Positions 1 to 8,931 of a DNA stretch of 32,000 nt are shown here, piece by piece (position 1 is the stretch's first letter; each line of letters opens with the position of its first letter). The notes beneath the pieces are model-generated. The model ran no database searches. It was given only the letters and a program-made list of their open reading frames with translations, and had not been told where the DNA came from. The stretch lies in NCBI RefSeq assembly GCF_014396165.1, contig NZ_CP060715.1, forward strand, positions 1,740,001 to 1,772,000, read 5' to 3'. Made by a program: the position numbers and the translations under genes. The DNA comes from Erysipelothrix inopinata. Its GTDB lineage: Bacteria > Bacillota_I > Bacilli_A > Erysipelotrichales > Erysipelotrichaceae.

Positions 1-995
1 AGTTGTGCCCGAAGTTCCATAGCCTTAGCTTGTTGGTCACCAACTTCTAAGGTGTATTTACGACGTTCTTCAATCTCAATTTTTCGTGTTTCAAGATTAC
101 CAATTTCACGAACCATTTCCATCATTTTTTCTTGATACTTCACGATGTCCTGGTCAATCTTAAAAATAACCGAACGCTTCTCATTTATATCGTGGTCGTA
201 GACACCAATATTTGTTTCAAGACCTGCAATCTTCGACTCTAAATCATACAAGCCAGATTGTGTTGCTTCGATAGCATCCGAACAAAGTTTGATATCATGA
301 CACAATACAGAAACCTCAATCGCTTCAAGCATCGCTTTTTTATCACGATAAAGTTCTGCTTTTTTTGCTGCTCTTTTTAAAGAATTAACCTGTCTCGAAA
401 TTTCATCAACAATATCTTGCATACGATCAACATTTTCTTTCGTTCGTTCGAGTTTGTTGATGGATTCAATTTTACGTTTTTTGTACTTCGAAACACCTGC
501 AGCTTCTTCAAAAATTACGCGACGCTCAATAGGCTTCGCTTCTGCAAAATAACTAATCGTTCCTTGCGAAATAATCGATAATGAATCACGACCCAATCCT
601 GTATCCAGAACTAAATCATGAATATCTCTTAAACGACATGGAACTTTATTAATTAAATATTCTGATTCACGTGTGTCTCTATAGAGACGACGTGTAACCT
701 CAACCTCTTCATATTCAGAGTTTAATGCCTTGTAGGTATTATCAAAAACTAATGTGACTTCGGCCAAATTCACTTTTCTACGCGTTTCAGACCCATTAAA
801 AATAACATCAGTCATACTGGATCCCCGCATCGATTTGACGGATTGCTCACCCAATACCCAGCGGATAGCATCACTAATGTTACTCTTACCACAACCATTA
901 GGACCCACGATACCTGTGACGGGATCCTCAAAGTTTATGACAACACGATCAGCAAAGGACTTAAACCCCTGCATTTCAATTTTCTTGAGGAACAT
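1..995 (-). CDS. smc: Chromosome segregation protein SMC, N-terminal part (gene continues beyond the window start)
   Basis: Hand translation of the reverse complement from ATG at 995..993 gives MFLKKIEMQGFKSFADRVVINFEDPVTGIVGPNGCGKSNISDAIRWVLGEQSVKSMRGSSMTDVIFNGSE. This is the canonical SMC head with Walker A GPNGCGKS. A GGGGG Shine-Dalgarno (SD) lies 5 nt upstream. I checked the frame at both ends and found no stop: the first ~90 codons from the ATG and the last ~60 nt at the window edge. The ORF is missing from the track only because it has no stop in the window. Confidence 0.85.
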   Translation of the reverse strand, partial: MFLKKIEMQGFKSFADRVVINFEDPVTGIVGPNGCGKSNISDAIRWVLGEQSVKSMRGSSMTDVIFNGSETRRKVNLAEVTLVFDNTYKALNSEYEEVEVTRRLYRDTRESEYLINKVPCRLRDIHDLVLDTGLGRDSLSIISQGTISYFAEAKPIERRVIFEEAAGVSKYKKRKIESINKLERTKENVDRMQDIVDEISRQVNSLKRAAKKAELYRDKKAMLEAIEVSVLCHDIKLCSDAIEATQSGLYDLESKIAGLETNIGVYDHDINEKRSVIFKIDQDIVKYQEKMMEMVREIGNLETRKIEIEERRKYTLEVGDQQAKAMELRAQ

Positions 996-1020
996 AATAA
1001 CCCCCATTCTTAACTTTAAT

Positions 1021-1026
1021 ATTATA
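1021..1026 (-). promoter_or_regulatory. Candidate -10 box (TATAAT) for smc
   Basis: The minus strand reads ..ctttcaatgtatcagtagataagaTATAATattaaagttaagaatgggggttattATG. The -35 is only weak (TTTCAA at 17 nt spacing). Confidence 0.3.
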
Positions 1027-1189
1027 TCTTATCTACTGATACATTGAAAGTTTTAATCTTGCTTTATCCACTGTTTGAACACTTTTTAGTAGAGAAACAG
1101 ACTTTTAGATTCACTTTTTTTCTAATTTAGAGGCATAAAACCCTAATTTTCGTTCAATTAACCGCTTTATCAAAAATATTTTGTATGCG

Positions 1190-1218
1190 CTAACAATCCA
1201 CTCCTGACTGAGTATAAT
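1190..1218 (+). promoter_or_regulatory. Candidate sigmaA-type promoter for the 1305 ORF (CTAACA-17 nt-TATAAT)
   Basis: TATAAT at 1213..1218 and CTAACA at 1190..1195, with an exact 17-nt spacer. This would give a leader of about 80 nt. Confidence 0.3.
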
Positions 1219-1304
1219 GATCATTGACAACTTACCTTCTGAGTTAGGTTGTTGCATTCCTATCATAAACGTGGTAATCTATCCTATGTAAATAAGGAGG
1301 ATTT

Positions 1305-1838
1305 TTGCAAACTATGCGAAAACGAATTGTTTTGATTGCATTCACATCAATAGCAGTTCTCTCACTATTTGTTGTCTTATACGATCAATTTAAACCCAAA
1401 ACGAATGCTTTAGCACGTACAGCGACTACAACCGATAATGTTATCGCAACATCACAATCTTTCAGTGATGTGTCCAACTATTTTAAGACGAATCCCGGAA
1501 CCCATGTTCTCTTCGTTAGAGATTCAAGTTCTGATTCTGATTATGTTGTCGATAATCTCTTATCACCACTCGCTCACGAGCACGACGTTCGACCTACTCC
1601 CAACATTGTGAGTGTCGACATGAGTGAAACTAAAGATTTATCCGTCACACGTTTAAAATCAACACTCGGTATTGAAAAATATCCAGCGTTTGTACTTGTA
1701 ACGACAAATAATGAAAAGAATTCATTTAGCGTTGATTCAGTGATTGAATATGACAAGAAGAAACCTTTCTCAGTCACAGACTTAAGAAAATGGTTCTTCG
1801 ATAATAAATTATGGACTGGACCTTACGGAGACAATTAA
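1305..1838 (+). CDS. Hypothetical membrane-anchored protein, thioredoxin-fold-like but lacking CxxC
   Basis: AAGGAGG SD at 1294..1300. Start is TTG 1305, or alternatively ATG 1314. One N-terminal TM helix (IVLIAFTSIAVLSLFVVLY). The rest follows a thioredoxin-like pattern: VLFVRDSSSDSDY where WCxxC would sit, then IVSVDMSE and GIEKYPAFVLV (cis-Pro-like). There is no Cys in the soluble domain. Confidence 0.65.
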   Translation: MQTMRKRIVLIAFTSIAVLSLFVVLYDQFKPKTNALARTATTTDNVIATSQSFSDVSNYFKTNPGTHVLFVRDSSSDSDYVVDNLLSPLAHEHDVRPTPNIVSVDMSETKDLSVTRLKSTLGIEKYPAFVLVTTNNEKNSFSVDSVIEYDKKKPFSVTDLRKWFFDNKLWTGPYGDN

Positions 1839-1851
1839 GTCTCCTTTTTTT
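1827..1851 (+). terminator. Intrinsic terminator after the 1305 ORF
   Basis: GGAGAC-aattaa-GTCTCC hairpin followed by TTTTTTT. The TAA stop lies in the loop. Confidence 0.7.
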
Positions 1852-1869
1852 ATGTCCATGTCCACTTTG

Positions 1870-2304
1870 TTAAAAATCAATGACTAACATGTCATTTTCA
1901 TCAAAACGCCAATCCTTCGAATAAGCAACTTCCCAATAATAACCATCCAAATCTTGGAAATAGCCACTATAACCACCCCATGCAACTTCTTGCGGCTGTT
2001 TTACAATGACGCCACCACTCAATTTAGCACGTTCTATAATTTCATCCACTTCATACTTCTCTTTTACATTACACGCTAATGTAATACCTGAAAACATTGA
2101 AACATCTCTTTGTGGTGGATTTTTAGAATCAATATCAGCTGCCAGGTTTTCAATAGGATACAATTCAAGTTTACTTCCCTGATTATTTAAAAATACAATT
2201 GCACTTCCCTCATTCGCCAATGTTTCAAATCCTAATGACTTATAAAATAATAATGAGGCATCGAGATCGGATACGCCCAAGCAAATCAAATTTATACGAT
2301 TCAT
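1870..2304 (-). CDS. VOC (glyoxalase/bleomycin-resistance/dioxygenase) family protein
   Basis: MNRINLICLGVSDLDASLLFYKSLGFE... and a YYWEVAY C-terminal pattern are typical of small VOC proteins. I chose ATG 2304 because of the AAAGGAG SD (aaaaaggagaaaattATG). The track ORF start at 2334 has no SD. Confidence 0.8.
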   Translation of the reverse strand: MNRINLICLGVSDLDASLLFYKSLGFETLANEGSAIVFLNNQGSKLELYPIENLAADIDSKNPPQRDVSMFSGITLACNVKEKYEVDEIIERAKLSGGVIVKQPQEVAWGGYSGYFQDLDGYYWEVAYSKDWRFDENDMLVIDF

Positions 2305-2332
2305 AATTTTCTCCTTTTTATAATTATATAAC

Positions 2333-2360
2333 AAAAAACAACTATGGTTTAATAGTTGTT
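2333..2360 (-). terminator. Intrinsic terminator after mtnN (end of the yqeH operon)
   Basis: The minus strand reads TAA-ACAACTAT-taaacc-ATAGTTGT-TTTTTTG, an 8-bp stem then a 7-nt T-run, immediately after the stop. Confidence 0.65.
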
Positions 2361-3037
2361 TAAAGTGTTTTTAGATATTCCGTGCAAATCAAGGCTGATT
2401 TTTCACTTGCAAGATTAAGATAGGTTTCAAAATCCATATCATTTCCTTCAACATGAGTCACATCACTCAGGCTTCGTAAAACGATAAAATCCGTTTCAGT
2501 ACGTTCACATACTGCCGCAATAGCTGACGCTTCCATTTCTACACAAATAGCCTCAGGAAAGTTTTTTGCAATAACCGGGAACTGACTTTGATGCTTGGTA
2601 ATAAATTGATCACCTGAAACAATCAGTCCTTCATGGTACTTCATTTCAAGTTCACTAAGTAGGTGAGTCGTTTGACGTCCATGTTTCACACTAGGAGTAA
2701 AAATGAATCGAGGATCTGTGGGTGTTTCGGGTCCAATATCTAAATCATGATATTGGAGCTTTGTTGCCACGACAATATCCCCTACTGTCTGGTTTTCTTT
2801 CAATCCACCTGCAGAACCAATATTGATGACAAGTTCTGGATTGCAGTGATGAATAAGCGTTGTCGCAGTATAAGCTGCATTAACTTTACCGACACCCGAC
2901 CTTGCAACAACAACCTGTTTACCACTTAAAGTTCCTTCAAATAATTGAACATTTTGAAAAAGTTTCTCTTCAACAGTACTCATACATGCTTTTAGAGCAT
3001 TAACTTCTTCATCCATTGCTCCGATAATTAAAATCAT
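2360..3037 (-). CDS. mtnN: 5'-methylthioadenosine/S-adenosylhomocysteine nucleosidase
   Basis: MILIIGAMDEEV..., SGVGKVNAA, INIGSAGG and VEMEASAIAAVC..VLRSLSDV match the MTAN (Pfs) family pattern over the full length. The start overlaps the stop of the upstream methyltransferase gene (ATGA). Confidence 0.9.
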   Translation of the reverse strand: MILIIGAMDEEVNALKACMSTVEEKLFQNVQLFEGTLSGKQVVVARSGVGKVNAAYTATTLIHHCNPELVINIGSAGGLKENQTVGDIVVATKLQYHDLDIGPETPTDPRFIFTPSVKHGRQTTHLLSELEMKYHEGLIVSGDQFITKHQSQFPVIAKNFPEAICVEMEASAIAAVCERTETDFIVLRSLSDVTHVEGNDMDFETYLNLASEKSALICTEYLKTL

Positions 3038-3705
3038 ATTGACTCCTTTGTTGCAATCAAGCGAACTTTCTCACCTTCATCAGTAATTCCATCTTTATCA
3101 AAATCGGTCATTACTTTAACGTTATAACCTTTTTCTTTATAAGCATTAATTAGAATCTCCGGATTAAAAACCCACTGATAAATAGCATCAAACGTACCGT
3201 CAAGAAAATTAATGACATGAACCAGATGTTCACCTTCAACTTCAATTTGATAGGCATAGTCAAATGCATCCGTTGAGCCTTCCTCGTAATAATCATTACG
3301 GAATTCGTTAAGACGGAATGGATGATGACAATCAAGAATAATATGATCTGACAATTGCGTTGATACTTCAACAAATTTCATAAGGTCTTCTTTATTCAAG
3401 ATGTAATTAAGACTATCACCGATACAAACACAGTTATCGTATCGTTTTGTATCGGTATACTCTAAGAAATCACCTTCAGAGACTTTACCTCTAAGATCCG
3501 GGAATTTTGTTAGAGTTGTCGCAATCATTGTTTCGTCAAGATCAATTCCTACTACATCGTATTTCTGGTTTAATCTGGATAAAATATCTCCTGTACCACA
3601 TGCTAATTCAATAATGGAATGTCCAACAATATTATCAGACACGTATTTGTAATAAGCATCCAATCCTTCATCATTTGTGAACAATGCATCATAGTAATTA
3701 ATCAT
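3034..3705 (-). CDS. Class I SAM-dependent methyltransferase (YqeM-like position in the operon)
   Basis: Motif I is ELACGTGDI, followed by an acidic loop VVGIDLDE. I chose ATG 3705 (MINYYDALF), which overlaps the rsfS stop as ATGATTAA. The track start at 3735 lies inside rsfS. Confidence 0.8.
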   Translation of the reverse strand: MINYYDALFTNDEGLDAYYKYVSDNIVGHSIIELACGTGDILSRLNQKYDVVGIDLDETMIATTLTKFPDLRGKVSEGDFLEYTDTKRYDNCVCIGDSLNYILNKEDLMKFVEVSTQLSDHIILDCHHPFRLNEFRNDYYEEGSTDAFDYAYQIEVEGEHLVHVINFLDGTFDAIYQWVFNPEILINAYKEKGYNVKVMTDFDKDGITDEGEKVRLIATKESI

Positions 3706-4027
3706 TAATAATGTACCCCTGATAGAGTTTCTCAAGATTGTAGTGTGTTCTTTCTTCAGTTAAGAATAAATGAATCACGACATCACTGGCATCAATTAAG
3801 ATCCAAGTGGATTCACGTTCTCTTTCAACATGCTTCACAGCATAACCTTCTTTTTCCAATGCTTCAATCACGTCATCTGCAATGGCATTAATTTGACGTA
3901 AGCTGGGTGCATCAGCAATAACAAAAAAGTCACAGAGTGAGTTTTCTCGCTTGAAATCAACGACAACGATGTCATTTGCTTTTTTATTATCTAATGTTTC
4001 CGTTACTAAATTTAATAATTTACTCAT
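3698..4027 (-). CDS. rsfS: Ribosome silencing factor RsfS (iojap family)
   Basis: Size of 109 aa. The sequence ..NKKANDIVVVDFKRENSLCDFFVIADAPSLRQINAIADDV..WILIDASDVVIHLF..ERTHYNLEKLY is the typical RsfS pattern. Operon position is as in Bacillus (yqeL). Confidence 0.9.
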   Translation of the reverse strand: MSKLLNLVTETLDNKKANDIVVVDFKRENSLCDFFVIADAPSLRQINAIADDVIEALEKEGYAVKHVERERESTWILIDASDVVIHLFLTEERTHYNLEKLYQGYIIND

Positions 4028-5036
4028 GGTTCCTCCTGTTTAAATACGATTCTTGTGAATCTTTGACGGCTAAAAAGCCTTTTCTAATATCTTTTTTTGC
4101 AAGCTCAATGAAGGGTTCACTATCATAACCTCTTCCCCGCTCGCACTTATCTGCAATATATAATAACATCCCGAGTTGGGTTGTCGACTTCCCGTTCACA
4201 TGGCCTTGTATCGCTTTAAGTACATGTTTGTTTCGCACATAATATCTTTGACTCAACTCTGAAGAAGCTGCAAAGGCATGATAAAATGCAGGATGCAAAT
4301 CAATTTGTTTCGAGAAATTCGCCTGAACAGAGTGCTTTAACTTATCTTTATCATCATCTTTTGCAAGATCATGCATCATGGCAGCGAGAAAAACTTCTGA
4401 TTGGTTCATTCGATGATTGTTGGATATTTCCAAAGCACACTCCGTGACGCGAAGCACATGCTCATATCGAAACTCACTGACTCTGTTCTTAAGAATAGAG
4501 TCTAAATAGAGACCTTGAGTCATCATATAATTCAAAACACGAGGGCTCGTATTGGTACTCATACCATTTCGAATCTCTGTAGAGCTTACCTCTATAACAG
4601 GACCCTGTATTTGTGGATACTCATGATTTTCTACTATTTCAGTTCTCTTGTACACGACAAATTGAACTTCATCTTTAAGTTGGTCATAGTTTTTCCACTC
4701 ATGCATTCTCGCTAATTGATCGGAGCCTATAAGCCAATCAAATTGAATACATGGGTATTGTTTTTTTAATGCCAGTACTGTGTCAATCGAGTAAGATGGT
4801 GATGGTAAATGATTTTCAATATCACAAATTTTTAACTTTCGAAATGGAGAAATCATCAATTCTATCATTGCTTGTCGATGTTCAAAAGATGTTCCTCCCG
4901 ATTTAAACGGACTTACTTTAGTAGGGATAAACCACAATTCGTCGGCTTGCCGTTGTTTAAGCGCAGCCTTCGCAACATCAAGGTGTCCGTTGTGAATGGG
5001 ATCAAAGCTCCCACCAAACAAGATGACATGTCTCAA
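4020..5036 (-). CDS. nadD: Fusion protein: nicotinate-nucleotide adenylyltransferase (NadD, about aa 1-180) plus YqeK-type HD-domain phosphohydrolase (about aa 185-338)
   Basis: The N-terminus LFGGSFDPIHNGHL (HxGH nucleotidyltransferase motif) and ..VSSTEIR.. match NadD. The C-terminal half carries RYEHVLRV..AAMMHDLAKD (H...HD) as in YqeK. There is a single uninterrupted 338-codon frame. The TTG start overlaps the yhbY stop (TTGA). Confidence 0.85.
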   Translation of the reverse strand: MRHVILFGGSFDPIHNGHLDVAKAALKQRQADELWFIPTKVSPFKSGGTSFEHRQAMIELMISPFRKLKICDIENHLPSPSYSIDTVLALKKQYPCIQFDWLIGSDQLARMHEWKNYDQLKDEVQFVVYKRTEIVENHEYPQIQGPVIEVSSTEIRNGMSTNTSPRVLNYMMTQGLYLDSILKNRVSEFRYEHVLRVTECALEISNNHRMNQSEVFLAAMMHDLAKDDDKDKLKHSVQANFSKQIDLHPAFYHAFAASSELSQRYYVRNKHVLKAIQGHVNGKSTTQLGMLLYIADKCERGRGYDSEPFIELAKKDIRKGFLAVKDSQESYLNRRNHE

Positions 5037-5317
5037 ACTTTAATGCGACCTTTCGAGGAATAACGATAAAGAACCGCAACACGACCAACTTTGCTGACGA
5101 GTTCGCAAGCAAATTGATCAACAAGTTGTTCTACAACTTCGTCAATTGTGATATCTGCATTCTTTTGGATTCCTACCTTCACAAGGTTATGTGAGACAAG
5201 TGCTAACTCAAAACTTTCAAGAACAGTTTCCGTTAGACCGTTTTTACCGATAGATACGACGGTATTTTCATTGTGAGACAAGCGTCTCAATTCTTTCTTT
5301 TGATCTTTATTTAACAT
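5033..5317 (-). CDS. yhbY: CRM-domain RNA-binding protein YhbY/YqeI
   Basis: 94 aa. LNKDQKKELRRLSHNENTVVSIGKNGLTETVLESFELALVSHNLVKV is the typical YhbY pattern. The start overlaps the yqeH stop (TAATG). Confidence 0.85.
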   Translation of the reverse strand: MLNKDQKKELRRLSHNENTVVSIGKNGLTETVLESFELALVSHNLVKVGIQKNADITIDEVVEQLVDQFACELVSKVGRVAVLYRYSSKGRIKV

Positions 5318-6339
5318 TAGATTATTGCCTTTCTCATAATAATTTCCGCATCTTCATCGAAATACGTACTTAATTCCTTAATATCCCCTTGAATTGATAT
5401 AAAACCAATGTCAAAGATTTCAATATCGATTTTATCACCACTCACCGGCCATTTTCTCATCTTATAAATTGGGTTGTCAATTTTAAAATCCAAATCTAAA
5501 GTGAGATTTTTTTCAACACGATCGGGTTTGACACGTTTTATGTCGAAAGGTAGATAAGAAATAACATTGATGGTTTTCTTGGGATCTACAGTGATTGCTC
5601 CGATGTTTCCAATCATTAACGATTGTTTTTCATAAATCTGAAATACAGCAGGTTTCAAAGTCTTTTGTGGTGCAAGTTTCACAAGATTTTCGTCATCTAC
5701 TTTATCAAGTAATTTTGTTTCCACGCTTAATCCTGGTGTATCAAAGACATCTACAAATTCAGTCTCAATATGCACAACATCTGCTGTTGTTGATGCAACA
5801 GGAGATACTGAAAGTTGATCTTTTTTTAGAAGTGCATTAAGAAGCGATGATTTACCTGCATTAACACATCCAACAAATGCACACGGTGCATCATCAAGGT
5901 ACGGTAGAAGTGGTTCTAGTGTTTTGTAACGTTTGGCAGATACAAAGATGAGATCCATAAGACTGACATCTGCATCTTTTAGAGCACGCATAATCGACTG
6001 AGAGAGCTTTCCATCTGACACTGATTGAGGGAGTAAATCTCTCTTATTGACGACTAACACGACATTTTTATTTCTAAGTGAACGTAGAAGTCCGGGATGA
6101 AGTGATTGATTGAGATGCATGATATCTAAAATCCAAAAGATGTGACCTTCGAAATTCTCAATGAATTCAAGGGTTGCGCCATCATCAACAACAGCTTTTA
6201 CACGTTTGAAATCACGATAATGTTTGAGTCGAAAGCAAGATTGACATAAATCATTATCGATTGAATTTACATATCCTCTTCCCTCTTTATCTGTTGATTG
6301 AAGTACACTACCACAACCTGAACATTTTTTTTGATTCAT
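5317..6339 (-). CDS. yqeH: Ribosome biogenesis GTPase YqeH (circularly permuted GTPase with N-terminal zinc finger)
   Basis: CSGCGS...CQSC zinc-ribbon. The GTPase motifs are in permuted order: G4 VNKRD, then G1 GCVNAGKSS, then G3 DTPG. Confidence 0.9.
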   Translation of the reverse strand: MNQKKCSGCGSVLQSTDKEGRGYVNSIDNDLCQSCFRLKHYRDFKRVKAVVDDGATLEFIENFEGHIFWILDIMHLNQSLHPGLLRSLRNKNVVLVVNKRDLLPQSVSDGKLSQSIMRALKDADVSLMDLIFVSAKRYKTLEPLLPYLDDAPCAFVGCVNAGKSSLLNALLKKDQLSVSPVASTTADVVHIETEFVDVFDTPGLSVETKLLDKVDDENLVKLAPQKTLKPAVFQIYEKQSLMIGNIGAITVDPKKTINVISYLPFDIKRVKPDRVEKNLTLDLDFKIDNPIYKMRKWPVSGDKIDIEIFDIGFISIQGDIKELSTYFDEDAEIIMRKAII

Positions 6340-6373
6340 TTATAGTTTCCTTTCATAAATTGCTAACATTAAT

Positions 6374-6382
6374 AATATACCA
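6374..6382 (-). promoter_or_regulatory. Candidate extended -10 (TGGTATATT) for the yqeH operon
   Basis: The minus strand reads ..ttaaacattaagcactatatgTGgTATATTattaatg.., about 40 nt upstream of the yqeH ATG and downstream of the parC terminator. Confidence 0.35.
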
Positions 6383-6410
6383 CATATAGTGCTTAATGTT
6401 TAAGTTTTAC

Positions 6411-6441
6411 AAATAATAAAGTCTGGAATTCTCCAGACTTT
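6411..6441 (-). terminator. Intrinsic terminator after parC
   Basis: AAAGTCTGGA-attc(loop)-TCCAGACTTT hairpin. On the minus strand it is followed by TTTATTATTT. Confidence 0.7.
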
Positions 6442-6462
6442 ATCGGTATAGAAATAGGGTTT

Positions 6463-8931
6463 TTATATATCTAACTTCATTGGTGTATCATGAGGTTCAG
6501 ATTTAACACTTGGTTTCGCAACAACTGGAACATAAACTGGTTGATGTACAATCACAAAATCTGTTTCTGTTGTGGCCGTGGAGAATGTAGCATCCAAAGA
6601 CATAATTGCAACATCTTTAACGGCTAGTGTTGAAAAATGATCATTGTATAACATGATATCATCTTGGATTCCACCTACGAGTACATCTTCAATATAATGA
6701 GGATTACTCTTTACGACTTTGACGACTAAGTTTCCTTGGGTCGCGCGATTATTAATAGGAAGATCTCCTTCTTTAATACGTTTGAATTGACCACGCTCAC
6801 TCATGATGACAACATCACTTTCATTATGATGTGTTACAGAGCAAGATACGGTATCGCCTGTTTTTAACTTAATTCCAATAATTCCTTTGGCTTTAACCCC
6901 TAGTGGTGCAACATCATCAAGTTCAATACGGATGCCTTGACCATTGCGAGTAAACATGAGCAGATGATCTGACTCATGGGCAATGTGAGCTCCCACTAAG
7001 GTATCACCTTTCGCAAGTTTCATGACATCATAAAGTTTGTTGGTACGTTTAACTTCTAAATCTTCAATGAATGTCTTTTTAATCATCCCAGATGCTGTAG
7101 TTGTAACCAGCACCATATGTGTTTTAAATGTCTTCAAAGTAAATGCCGAGACAACACGTTCATCAGGATCAAATTTAAGATATTGGTTCATATGTGATCC
7201 AATATCGCGCCAACGCGCCTCTTCGATATCATGAACAAGAATAATTCCGTAGCGACCTTTTGTAGTCGTAAATACTAAATTATCAATGGTTTCTACTTCT
7301 CCAACAAAAATTGGAACATCGTCTTCTTTGAGTGCAAGAATGTCTTTTTGACTGGATCCATAGGAACGCAGTGATGTTCGTTTTAGATAACCGTCTCGCG
7401 AGAGTGTTAACATCACTTGTTCATTTGAAATTAAGCTTAAATGATCAACTTCTAGATCGGAGATTTCATCTTCGATTGATGATCGACGTGGCGTTTCAAA
7501 GTCCTTTTTAATTTCATTAAATTCTTTAACAAGCATCGCATTTAGCATGTCATTATTAGTTAGAACTAGGTTTAGCTCTTCAATTTCATTGGCTAATTTA
7601 GCAAACTCATCACGAAGTGCAAAAATATCTGTTGATGACAAACGATATAATTGTAAGTCCACAATTGCACTTGCCTGTTCATGGGTAAAACCGAATTCTT
7701 TCATGATATTATCACGTGAATCAGCACGGTTATTTGATTGACGAATGACCGCAATTATTTCATCAAGAATTGATGTTGCTTTCATGAGTCCTTCAATAAT
7801 ATGAATACGTTTTTCTTTTTGTGCTTTACGATACTCCGAACGCGCTAAGACTACTTCACGACGAAATTCAAGATAGGCATCCAACACTTGCATGACTGAA
7901 CATACTTGTGGTCTACGATCAACAATCGCAACCATATTAGCATTGTAGTAAACTTGTAATTCGGTATGTTTGTAGAACAAGTTAAGAATCGACTGGGCAT
8001 CAGCATCGCGTTTACAATCAATAACGATACGAAGACCATTTCTATCCGATTCATCTCGAACGTCCATAACATCTCCAAAACCTTCATTTGCTTTAGTAAA
8101 ACGAAGTTCGTCAATTTTCTTCACGACATTGGATTTAATAACTTCATAGGGTAATTCGGTAATTACAATTTGCTTAAGACTTTTATTTTCTACAATCTCA
8201 GCACGTGCTTTTACAACAACACGACCGCGTCCCTTAGTAATAATATCGCGAATACCCTCTTTCCCCTGTACTACAGCACCTGTAGGGAAATCAGGACCTT
8301 GAATAATATCAAGAATATCATCATCTGAACATTCAGGATTATATAATCGATGAATTGTAGCATCCATTACTTCTGTAATATTAAATGGTGGGATATTGGT
8401 TGCATATCCTGCAGCAATACCTGTCGCACCATTAATGAGCAAGTTAGGATAACGAGCTGGTAATACAGATGGTTCTGAATCAGTATCATCAAAGTTTAAA
8501 ACAAAGGGAACAACATCTTCATCAATATTATCAAGAAGACGATGGGATAGATGTGATAATCGTGCTTCGGTATAACGCATAGCTGCGGCCGGGTCATCAT
8601 CAACACTCCCGTTATTTCCTTGCATATCAATAAGTGGCTTATTGTATTTCCAATCTTGAGACATACGAACCATCGCATCATAAACTGATGAATCACCATG
8701 AGGATGATAATTACCAATTACAAGCCCTACGGTCTTTGCAGACTTACGGTAAGGTTTATCAAAATGGTTGCGATCATTATACATCGCATAAAGAATACGA
8801 CGTTGAACAGGTTTAAGTCCATCACGAACATCCGGTAATGCTCGATCTTGAATTATATATTTTGAATAGCGACCAAAACGCTCCCCAACAATATCTTCAA
8901 TGGGAAGTTTGATCAAAGCATCATGAGACAT
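6463..8931 (-). CDS. parC: DNA topoisomerase IV subunit A
   Basis: GLKPVQRRILYAM, GNYHPHGDSSVYDAMVRMSQ and the active-site region AAMRYTEARL. I call it ParC rather than GyrA because of the plsY / parE-parC synteny typical of Bacillus and Staphylococcus. Confidence 0.85.
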   Translation of the reverse strand: MSHDALIKLPIEDIVGERFGRYSKYIIQDRALPDVRDGLKPVQRRILYAMYNDRNHFDKPYRKSAKTVGLVIGNYHPHGDSSVYDAMVRMSQDWKYNKPLIDMQGNNGSVDDDPAAAMRYTEARLSHLSHRLLDNIDEDVVPFVLNFDDTDSEPSVLPARYPNLLINGATGIAAGYATNIPPFNITEVMDATIHRLYNPECSDDDILDIIQGPDFPTGAVVQGKEGIRDIITKGRGRVVVKARAEIVENKSLKQIVITELPYEVIKSNVVKKIDELRFTKANEGFGDVMDVRDESDRNGLRIVIDCKRDADAQSILNLFYKHTELQVYYNANMVAIVDRRPQVCSVMQVLDAYLEFRREVVLARSEYRKAQKEKRIHIIEGLMKATSILDEIIAVIRQSNNRADSRDNIMKEFGFTHEQASAIVDLQLYRLSSTDIFALRDEFAKLANEIEELNLVLTNNDMLNAMLVKEFNEIKKDFETPRRSSIEDEISDLEVDHLSLISNEQVMLTLSRDGYLKRTSLRSYGSSQKDILALKEDDVPIFVGEVETIDNLVFTTTKGRYGIILVHDIEEARWRDIGSHMNQYLKFDPDERVVSAFTLKTFKTHMVLVTTTASGMIKKTFIEDLEVKRTNKLYDVMKLAKGDTLVGAHIAHESDHLLMFTRNGQGIRIELDDVAPLGVKAKGIIGIKLKTGDTVSCSVTHHNESDVVIMSERGQFKRIKEGDLPINNRATQGNLVVKVVKSNPHYIEDVLVGGIQDDIMLYNDHFSTLAVKDVAIMSLDATFSTATTETDFVIVHQPVYVPVVAKPSVKSEPHDTPMKLDI

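Noticed and set aside
754-1047. 97-aa plus-strand ORF in the track
   Set aside because: It lies entirely antisense to the well-supported smc N-terminal coding region and spans the smc start and promoter. It has no SD and a low-complexity composition, so it is a shadow ORF.
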